Source of the DNA: a bacterium
GTDB taxonomy: Bacteria > SAR324 > NAC60-12
Assembly: GCA_965209155.1 (NCBI GenBank)
Contig: OZ242383.1
Span: 3,072,001-3,136,000, forward strand
Direction: 5' to 3'
Length of the DNA: 64,000 nt
In this document: positions 48,360 to 56,800 of the stretch, in pieces
How positions within the stretch are numbered: position 1 is the first letter of the stretch
Layout of the letters: every line of letters begins with the position of its first letter
The notes under the pieces: model-generated
Databases searched by the model: none
Seen by the model: only the letters and a program-made list of their open reading frames with translations
What the model was told of the DNA's origin: nothing
Program-made: the position numbers and the translations under genes

Positions 48360-49467
48360 GCAGGCCGTCTCCTAAAAAATTAAAGCACAGTGCGGTGACA
48401 ATCACGAAAAGCCCGGGAATGAGAATCCAGGGATAGAGACCGATGGCACCTGTGCTCTGCGCATCTTTCAAGAGGGCCCCCCAACTGACTGCCGGGGGCT
48501 GAATTCCTAAGCCGAGAAAGCTTAATGAGGTCTCAGCTATGATCATTTCGGGTATCGCTATGGTCAGGTGTACGATCAGGTAGGTCATCACTGAAGGCAG
48601 AAGATGCCTGAAAATTATTCTCATATGACTTGCGCCAGAGAGTCGAGCCGCCAGGACAAAATCCTCCTCCCTCAATTCCAGCAGTTGTCCTCTCACCACT
48701 CTGGCGATGCCCGTCCAGCCAACGATAGAGAGGACAATAGTAATCCCGAAATAAATCCTGATCATCGACCAATCTGTGGGCAGAGCGACCGCCAATGCCA
48801 TCCATAGGGGGATTCTGGGGATTGATGTTAAAAATTCTATGACCCTTTGGATAATCATATCAGGAACTCCTCCGAAATAACCGGAGATCCCCCCCAATAT
48901 ACTTCCCAGAAAAAGGCTTAAGAATACCCCTACCAAGCCGATAGATAGAGAAATTCGTGATCCGTAGAGAACCCGGGAGAATACATCTCTTCCCAATTTA
49001 TCTGATCCCAATAAAAAAACCGTTCCCTCAGCCTCCTTTACTCCAAAAAAATGAATATCTGATTGAAACAAGTTCCAAAATTTATACTCATCACCCTGGA
49101 CGAAAAAATAGATAGGAAACTTTCGGTTTTTATCTTCTTTGTATACTCTGCGCATTGTTTTTAAATCGATGGTTAATTCTTGCTTATAGACAAAGGGACG
49201 AAAATGGAACGTTCCCTGATCATCGAAAAAATGAATCCTTTGCGGCGGACTATAGGTAAATTCCGTACGGGTATGCATATGATAAGGAGCAAAAAAATCG
49301 CAGAATACCGCTAAAAGATAAAAAACACCTAACAAAATGCCACTCGCTATCGCGAGCTTATGTTTCCTGAACTTAAGCCACAACAACTGCCACTGTGAAG
49401 CAAAAAAAATCTTTTCTGCTTCTCTGACACTCCCATCATCCACTTTTTCTTGCGCATTGATCACCAT
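48334..49467 (-). CDS. Opp/Dpp-family permease (OppC-like)
   Basis: [43 protein letters not shown]. Confidence 0.92.
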   Translation of the reverse strand: MVINAQEKVDDGSVREAEKIFFASQWQLLWLKFRKHKLAIASGILLGVFYLLAVFCDFFAPYHMHTRTEFTYSPPQRIHFFDDQGTFHFRPFVYKQELTIDLKTMRRVYKEDKNRKFPIYFFVQGDEYKFWNLFQSDIHFFGVKEAEGTVFLLGSDKLGRDVFSRVLYGSRISLSIGLVGVFLSLFLGSILGGISGYFGGVPDMIIQRVIEFLTSIPRIPLWMALAVALPTDWSMIRIYFGITIVLSIVGWTGIARVVRGQLLELREEDFVLAARLSGASHMRIIFRHLLPSVMTYLIVHLTIAIPEMIIAETSLSFLGLGIQPPAVSWGALLKDAQSTGAIGLYPWILIPGLFVIVTALCFNFLGDGLRDAADPYK

Positions 49468-49520
49468 GAACCGCTTCCAAATTTATACATTCAGGTTTCA
49501 CTCATGAGAGGAGTCGGCTT

Positions 49521-50519
49521 TTAGCCACCACTTATCTTTTCAAAGCGAATACGGGGGTCCAGCCAAACAAGCAGTAAATCGGAAACAAAAACTCCTACCA
49601 CAGTTAAAGCGGATAGCAACATCATGATGCTCCCGGCTAAATACATATCCTGGCTTAGTAACGCGTGTAGAAAAAGAGGCCCTGTCGTGGGGAGGTTCAA
49701 TGTGATAGCAGTGATAATTTCTCCGGAGACGATGAGGGGAAAAGCCCAACCCAGGACGCTTACTATGGGATTTAAGGCTATTCTTACCGGATACTTAAAT
49801 AAAAGAGTCCCTTCCGAGAGCCCTTTGGCCCGGGCGGTAATGACATATTGCTTTTGAAGTTCATCCAACAGGCATCCTCTCATAATCCTGATAAGAAAGG
49901 CTAACCCGGCAGCGCCGATCGTGATTACCGGAACCCACAAATGATTAATCATATCTAAAACCTTGCCTGGGCTCCAGGGGGCATGGACATATTCAGATGA
50001 GAAAAGACCTCCTGCATGGAGTCCGAAAAATTCGTTGAGAAAGAACGCTAAAATAAGAGCCATCAGGAAATTAGGTGTCGCCACCCCAATGAAACCAATT
50101 AATGTAAAGAAATAGTCACCAAATGAGTACTGGTGGGTGGCAGAATAAATCCCGATAGGTATCGCTACAATATATGTCAGGATGAGCGTAAAAAGAGAGA
50201 TCGATACTGTCAGTACGATTCGTTCACCTATCAACTCACTCACTGGCTTATTATATGAAAAGGACATACCGAAATCCCCTTGAAACATATTCCCCATCCA
50301 CTTGAAATATTGAAGATAGATTGGCAAATCCAGTCCATATTGCTTGGTTAGAGCAGCTCTTTGAGATTGATCAACTTTCGTTCCCGTCATCTCTAAAGTC
50401 GCTATGTAAGAATTTAAAAAATCACCTGGTGGAAGCTGGATGATGATGAAACCAACAACAGAAACAACCAATAAAATCAGGATCATAAATAAAAACCGCT
50501 GAATATAATAATGCAACAT
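49521..50519 (-). CDS. Opp/Dpp-family permease (OppB-like)
   Basis: LPPGD, GDFGMSF, YVITARAKGL, LDPRIR. Confidence 0.92.
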   Translation of the reverse strand: MLHYYIQRFLFMILILLVVSVVGFIIIQLPPGDFLNSYIATLEMTGTKVDQSQRAALTKQYGLDLPIYLQYFKWMGNMFQGDFGMSFSYNKPVSELIGERIVLTVSISLFTLILTYIVAIPIGIYSATHQYSFGDYFFTLIGFIGVATPNFLMALILAFFLNEFFGLHAGGLFSSEYVHAPWSPGKVLDMINHLWVPVITIGAAGLAFLIRIMRGCLLDELQKQYVITARAKGLSEGTLLFKYPVRIALNPIVSVLGWAFPLIVSGEIITAITLNLPTTGPLFLHALLSQDMYLAGSIMMLLSALTVVGVFVSDLLLVWLDPRIRFEKISGG

Positions 50520-50580
50520 TTTTTATAATCCTCTTTAGGAATTGTCCCTTAATTACATCCTAAAATCCCTATACCCAAAA

Positions 50581-50629
50581 CAGAGGGGCGGCTCTCACTC
50601 CCCATCTAACGGTGTGAGAGCCGCCTCTG
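50581..50629. terminator. Stem-loop between the binding-protein and permease genes
   Basis: CAGAGGGGCGGCTCTCAC...GTGAGAGCCGCCTCTG. Confidence 0.55.
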
Positions 50630-50743
50630 CGGAATTCAGGACAGCTTGACGCCTGTTTGAAAAGTGATACACGAGTTGCGCATACCATATCTCCGTAAGC
50701 TGGACGCCTGCCCTACAGGCTTTTTGGATAGGCTCTTATCCCA

Positions 50744-52660
50744 CTATTTCTTGAAGAACCATTGTTCGGGTAACTGGTATCTGAGACAACTAGTATCATA
50801 GGTATCCGTCAAAGCACTCTCATCCATATTACGCAAGTTAGCCGCTGCTACGCCAGGTTTCTTACTATGACTTACAGTCCCAATTCCCCAAATATTCTCG
50901 GCTTGTAGCTCCCCAATCTGTCTCAGCAAATCCTTCTGTTCCTCTTTGTTTCCAGAACCCCACAATTGTTCTTGTAAGGACTTAAGCTTCTGAAAATCCT
51001 CGGACGGCGCTTCACCGCTTTTACCATCCCACCCAAACCACTTGGGAGCGAACCAATCAGGAAACCACATATACCTGGCAGAGGCAGTTGCTAAGGCAGC
51101 CATTCCTCCTACGACGCCACCATTTATGAACACAAGTACTTCGTGCTGCGCAGCGTTTCTTAGTTCAAAGGCAGCTCCCCTATCCATTTGCTTGACAGAT
51201 GCTTTAACACCGACATCTCTCCAGTAGAGTCCTACCAACTCACTGGTCTCAACCCAGGCTATCTCACCCCCTGATACAACGACAATTGATACGGTCAAAA
51301 CTTTGCCATCAGGTCGGAGCCGGAAACCTTGTCCATCCCGCTTATCCAGTCCCATCTCATCCAGAAGTCTGTTGGCTTCTCCTGTATCAAAACTTGCATA
51401 CGCGTTGGCAAACCTCGCTTCATAACCCGGGACATCGGGTCCGTATGTCATTTGAGCAGGTCTGCCTGTCCCATAGTTTACTTTCTGGTTAACCTCCTTG
51501 CGGTTGATAGCCAAAGAGAGAGCTCGCCGGAACCGGACATCACGGAAGATATCACGCTTAACCGGATCATCATCCAAGTTCAAATTAAACCAAAAACCGG
51601 GATTAGATGTATAACCGGATGTTGGCGTCCAAACACGCAGGTTATGCTTCTTTGCGGCCTCAAAATAAAGGGGATAATCCTCAAGCTTGAACATCCTTTG
51701 ACCGAAATCAACCTCTCCAGCTATCGCTTTCAAGCTGCTTAACTCCGGAGTTAACGCCATCGTCCCTGTCATGTAATCAATATAGGGGAGCTGGTTGCCT
51801 TCCGGGTCTACTTTAAAGTAATAGGGATTCCGCTCCCATAGTACATCATTAGGGGTCACCTTTTTGGGGACCCACGCAGTGAGTACTGGAAGATCCACAT
51901 TTGCCTGTTGACCACTAGTAAACTCCATTTTATTCTTGAGTAGCTGTATCCAGTTGTCAACTCCTGCTGCTTTGGCTAACTCATTCGCCTTTTCATTGTA
52001 CTTGAGGTGAAATTGTTTCAGGTAATGTTTGGGGTAGAAATGAGACTGCCAAAAGCCAAAGTTTACCCCGCCTAAAGGGAGAAGTATATTTGGATTAGGT
52101 CCTGCAAAGTGGAAGCGAATTGTATAATCGTCCACCTTCTCTATTGTCGCATACTCACCACCGACCGCCCACGCCAGGTTTGCGGTGCGAATGGGACCCC
52201 TTGGGTGAATATCATCGTTCCAAACAATATCCTCATAACTGAATACCATATCATCAGCGTTGAAGGGTTCCCCATCTGACCATCTCATCCCCTTTCTCAA
52301 ATAGACGGTCAGAACTCTATTTCCCTCTGAAAATTCCCACTTTTTGGCAATATTTGGCTCTATCTTTGTGAAATTACGGTCCATGGCGAACAGATTTTCA
52401 AAGTTAGCTTCTGTGGGTTCACCCCAATCTACCACAGTAGGCATCAGCATACGCACTGTCCCCCCATACTGTCCAATTTCCTCATAGACTTCAATCACCA
52501 AAGGCTCTTCAGGAAGTCTATCTTCCAACGGAGGAAGCTTCCCCGCCTGAACCAATTCCTTCAGCATGGGAGCCTCGTTATACTTTTGCGCTAGTGCTGA
52601 AGTCGCTCCCAATAAGCACATTACCCCAGCCAATAATACCACCATTGATTTCTTATACAT
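50744..52660 (-). CDS. Family 5 ABC substrate-binding protein (subfamily often binding oligosaccharides)
   Basis: Signal peptide, EAPML...GKLPPLEDRLP, LRKGMRWSDG, RNPYYFKVDPEGNQLPYID. Confidence 0.9.
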   Translation of the reverse strand: MYKKSMVVLLAGVMCLLGATSALAQKYNEAPMLKELVQAGKLPPLEDRLPEEPLVIEVYEEIGQYGGTVRMLMPTVVDWGEPTEANFENLFAMDRNFTKIEPNIAKKWEFSEGNRVLTVYLRKGMRWSDGEPFNADDMVFSYEDIVWNDDIHPRGPIRTANLAWAVGGEYATIEKVDDYTIRFHFAGPNPNILLPLGGVNFGFWQSHFYPKHYLKQFHLKYNEKANELAKAAGVDNWIQLLKNKMEFTSGQQANVDLPVLTAWVPKKVTPNDVLWERNPYYFKVDPEGNQLPYIDYMTGTMALTPELSSLKAIAGEVDFGQRMFKLEDYPLYFEAAKKHNLRVWTPTSGYTSNPGFWFNLNLDDDPVKRDIFRDVRFRRALSLAINRKEVNQKVNYGTGRPAQMTYGPDVPGYEARFANAYASFDTGEANRLLDEMGLDKRDGQGFRLRPDGKVLTVSIVVVSGGEIAWVETSELVGLYWRDVGVKASVKQMDRGAAFELRNAAQHEVLVFINGGVVGGMAALATASARYMWFPDWFAPKWFGWDGKSGEAPSEDFQKLKSLQEQLWGSGNKEEQKDLLRQIGELQAENIWGIGTVSHSKKPGVAAANLRNMDESALTDTYDTSCLRYQLPEQWFFKK

Positions 52661-52858
52661 CGTTTTTCTCCAATAAAAGTTATCGCTTTTACAAAAGCCG
52701 CTTTCGTAAAAGCTCTCAAAAAGAATAAAGTGTTAAAAAAAAACACTTTTCCGCTATGGAAAGCTCCCTTTTACTCCTCAGCAAATCCAGAAAGAAACCT
52801 CATTCAAGCCACTAATCTGGCTTTCCCGCATAAAGGTCGCCTGCTGAAGGTCTTTAGC

Positions 52859-52874
52859 TTCAATCAGTGTGCCA
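52859..52874 (-). promoter_or_regulatory. Sigma-54 promoter for the Opp-family operon
   Basis: Minus strand TGGCAC-ACTGA-TTGAA, homologous to 34852-34867. Confidence 0.7.
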
Positions 52875-52951
52875 AAACTGAGGATATTCAGTTAACTTAT
52901 TGTAATTATTAACTATTTTTGATAAGTGGAGGGTTGGGTATGCGAAGCAGA

Positions 52952-53059
52952 TGTTCAAATATGTTAACTTAATCCGGGAGGAAATAGTCGTTAACTATCT
53001 GATATTAAATATTTATAGATCAAAATTCAGAATTTGAAACATGTTTAATATTTTGAACA
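52952..53059. promoter_or_regulatory. Three 18-bp enhancer (UAS) sites of TGTT-N10-AACA type plus an IHF-like site
   Basis: TGTTCAAATATGTTAACT (52952-69), AATTCAGAATTTGAAACA (53024-41), TGTTTAATATTTTGAACA (53042-59); TATCAGATAGTTA on the minus strand near 52992-53004. Confidence 0.7.
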
Positions 53060-53128
53060 CTATTAAACTCTATGATCGTTAGCGGCAGAAGCGTTTTTTA
53101 CCTAAGGATAATTATGGAGGCAAAACAG

Positions 53129-53157
53129 TTGACACTATATCAATTTTAATATATCAT
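53129..53157 (+). promoter_or_regulatory. Sigma-70 promoter of hicAB
   Basis: TTGACA-N17-TATCAT with an imperfect palindrome TATATCAATTTTAATATA in the spacer. Confidence 0.65.
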
Positions 53158-53163
53158 TTTTGT

Positions 53164-53349
53164 ATGAACGGTAAACAAGTTATCAAATTATTGAAAGATG
53201 ATGGTTGGGAGATTCTTCGAGTTCGTGGTAGTCATTACCGTTTAGGTAAAGGAGACCAGCGTACAACTGTCTCCATTCATGGGAAACGAGATTTGGGTTT
53301 CGGATTATTAAAAGCCATCGAGAAACAAACTGGAGTAAAATTACTATGA
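53164..53349 (+). CDS. hicA: HicA mRNA interferase toxin
   Basis: 61 aa; GW...RVRGSH...HGKRDL...LLKAIEKQ. Confidence 0.9.
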   Translation: MNGKQVIKLLKDDGWEILRVRGSHYRLGKGDQRTTVSIHGKRDLGFGLLKAIEKQTGVKLL

Positions 53350-53765
53350 CACCGATTTTTCCGGCAAGAGTACAAGTGGATGAATCTGGTATGTACTTTG
53401 TTCAATTTTTAGATCTTAGCGAAGCAATCACTGAGGGGAAAACCTTGGAAGAGGCTCTATTCAATGCACAAGAAGTCTTAACATTGACTTTGGAGTCTCG
53501 ATTAGATGAAGGCATTAATATACCTGATCCACAAGACGCATCGGAAGATCAGATTCATTATATTGCACCGGCTGCAAGAGTGCAGGCCGCATTATTGATC
53601 CACCATGCCAGGGGTGATCGAAGCATGGCAGATTTAGCTCGGGCTTTGGAAACATCTTGGCCGGCCGTGAAACGCTTGGAAAACCCCCACCATTCTCCGA
53701 CTATTAAGGTCCTGGAAAAAGCTGCCACTACTTTGGGGAAGAGGTTAATCTTATCTTTTGAATAA
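53346..53765 (+). CDS. hicB: HicB antitoxin with C-terminal HTH
   Basis: YFVQFLDL..AITEGKTLEEA, IPDP, ADLARALETSWPAVKRLE; ATGA-coupled to hicA. Confidence 0.9.
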   Translation: MTPIFPARVQVDESGMYFVQFLDLSEAITEGKTLEEALFNAQEVLTLTLESRLDEGINIPDPQDASEDQIHYIAPAARVQAALLIHHARGDRSMADLARALETSWPAVKRLENPHHSPTIKVLEKAATTLGKRLILSFE

Positions 53766-53805
53766 CCAGCCAAGATTGAAGCGTTTTGAAGTAAATCCCC
53801 TTCGT

Positions 53806-56800
53806 TTATCTCCTCTCATCTATCCCGTACTTTTTCATTTTATTGAAGAGGGTGGTCCGGGAGATTCTCAGGGCGGCAGCGGTTTTTACCTTGTGGCCCT
53901 GGAAATTTTTCAGGGCATTGAGAATCGTCGCTTTTTCATAATCCGCGACGGCATGATCCAGCGCCATTTTCCTGGGGTAGATGCTATCTCCGAAATTTGA
54001 AGTTTCGCTGATTTTAGAATTTATCCGTTCCCCCGGAAAATCAACCTCTCCCTGGGAGACATAGCGATGCAGAGTGTTTTGCAGCTCCCGGACATTGCCT
54101 GGCCAATCGTAGGCCTGCAGGGCTTCCAGAACTCTCGCTGTGATGGGCTTTCCTTTTTGAAACGGTGCCGTGGAATTCAAAAAATGCTCGACCAGCAGGG
54201 GGATATCCTCTTTTCTTTCCCGGAGCGTGGGCAGGCGAATGGGAAAGACATGAATCCGGTAATAAAAATCTTCTCGAATTTGCCCCGTCTTCACCCGGTG
54301 ACTCAGGTCCTGGTTTGAAGCCGCAATGAACCGGATATCGGGCTTGATGACCTCTGTGGTGCCAAGCGGGGTAAAGCCGTTGCCCTCCAGGACACGAAGC
54401 AGTTTAACCTGCAGGTTCAGCCCGATATCGGCCAGTTCATCCAGGAATAAAGTCCCTTTGTCGGTCAGGTGCAGGAAACCGCGCTGATCGCTGTCGGCCC
54501 CGGTGAAGGCCCCTTTTTTATGTCCAAAGAACTCACTCTCGATCAAGTTTTCGGGGATGGCCCCGAGGTTCACCGGGAAATAAACATGCTCCTTACGGTC
54601 ACTGGCCTCGTGAATAGCCCGGGAGACCAGTTCTTTCCCGGTTCCCGATTCGCCGTAGAGGATCACGTTCATATCGGTGGCCGCCGCTTGTAAAATCAGC
54701 TCGTATACCCGTTGCATGGGCTCGCTTTTTCCGATAATGTCACCAAACCGAAAGCGATCTTTGGTGCGGGCTCGCAGGCGGACATTCTCCTCGCGTAGGG
54801 AGGTTTCGCTCGCTTTCAGTTCGTCCAGCGCCTTTTTGAGGTTTTCGTGAAGCCTGGCATTTTCCAGGGAAATGGCGATCTGGGAGCTAAGGTGCTTGAT
54901 CACCTCAAATCGCCGGGGGGTGAAGGCTCCCTCAACCAGGTTGTTTTCCAGGTAAATGATGCCGGTCAAGGCGGACTGATGAGTGATCGGCGCGCACAGG
55001 ATGGATTTGGGGCGCACCCGTTTAATATAGTCATCCATGGCAAACCGTTCTTCCCGGGAGGAGTTGTCCAAAACCAGGTGTTCCCGGGTTTGTTTCACCC
55101 GGGAGATGATCGAGAGGGAGAGGGATCCGGCCTTTTCCACAGGCAGGGAAAGCGGCAGGAAATATTCGACCTGCTCGGAACTCCCACGGGCAGCGATAAG
55201 AGACCGGCCTTCGGATTCCAGAAGCAGGGCTGCTGTCTGGGCCCCGGCATTTTCCATGAGAATGCCAAGCAGGATCTCCAGCAGCGGTTCCAGCTCGAGG
55301 GTACTGGAGATGGCCTCGGAGGCTTTGAGTATCGTCGCCAGGTCCAGGTTGGCCGATGGGGACGCCACCGCTTCAGTGAGATTATCGGCAATCAGCTCGG
55401 GATATCGAGACTTGAGATGCGCGACCTTCCGTTTTGCTCCCCAGGCTTCGTACTTCTCCAATGCCGCCTTTAGGTAAGTTCGGGCGGGAATGTTCTGCCC
55501 CTGGCTGAGCAAATACCTGGCTGCCAGTTCATTGGCCAGGGCTTCCTCGTGGATAAATCCGCTCTCCCTGGCCAAGGCGATGGCCTGGTCATAATGGGAC
55601 AGGATCGCATCACTTTGACCCTCCAAAACCCGCAGCCGCTCGGCTTCCACCAGGTGATGCTTGTGTCGGTAATTGGGCGGGGCACTGCGCGCCAGTTTCT
55701 CCAACGTCTCCTGATTGTCATCGACCTGGGTGAGGATCTCCTCCTTTTCCCCCTCGCTCCCCTGGTCGCAAACCGCCAGGAGAGCGAGGGACAGGTAGCA
55801 GTTGGCCAGGGGATCAACAAGGGCATCCTTGTAGGTTTTCATCAGGTTGGTCATATCAAAAACCGTCTCCCGCGATGCTTCATATTCTTCGAACAGGGTT
55901 TGCAGCACCAGCTTTTGGTAATTAAAACTGCTTTGTTCTTGATAGACGTACTCTGCACTCGTCACCCTATGGTATTGATCCATGATGCCGTTCGACAGGC
56001 TCGAAGGCTCCTCCATCAGAATCGTGACCGCCTTCGTCAGCATTTCCACCCGGGGAGACCCGATAATAAAATCGATCTTCTTGAGATCAGCCTTCAACGT
56101 CGACAATTCCCCTTTCAGCCAATTCAGCTCCTTCCCGCACATAAAGGCAATCTGACACCTTGCGACGGCGCTTTGACCGGCATTGTAGAAATCTCCCGTC
56201 TCGATTCCCATCTTGTGGGCTTCCAGCAGGGGATCCAATGACGCCGATAGCGGCTCCCGGTAGAACCGGATCGAGAGGTTGAAAACCCTGGAAACTCTAC
56301 AGTTTATTTTCTTCAGAGCAAAAGCTTCCATGAGCTGCATACCCAGACGACCGAGTTCATAACCAAATTCAAAATCCTGCATAAACTCGCAATAGATCAA
56401 TCCAAGGAGACAATAGAATTCGGGTGAATATTCCGGATGAAAATGATTGAGCAGCAAAGAGATACGTTTTGCAGCGATGGGCTGCCAAAGACCGTCATCC
56501 AAAGTAACCCCAGCCTCGCCATAGGCCGTATGGAGCCTATATAGGATATGGACAAGGACCTCGGCATGCGGTTGGGTGAGCGGCTCAAAGCGCATCACGT
56601 CTGCGACGCTTTTACCGGCCAGGCTGGATTTGATTTGAACGAGGGTCTGCTGCCACTGGTCGGGAGACATGCGGCTGAGTTGACACCCCAATTTCTCCAG
56701 AATTTCCTCACACGTTTCCATGGCCTTCTTTAATTCACCCCGGATGGTGTATGCCTTGATCCGGCATCGATAAACATTGGCCAGGTCCAGGTCCTCTCGG

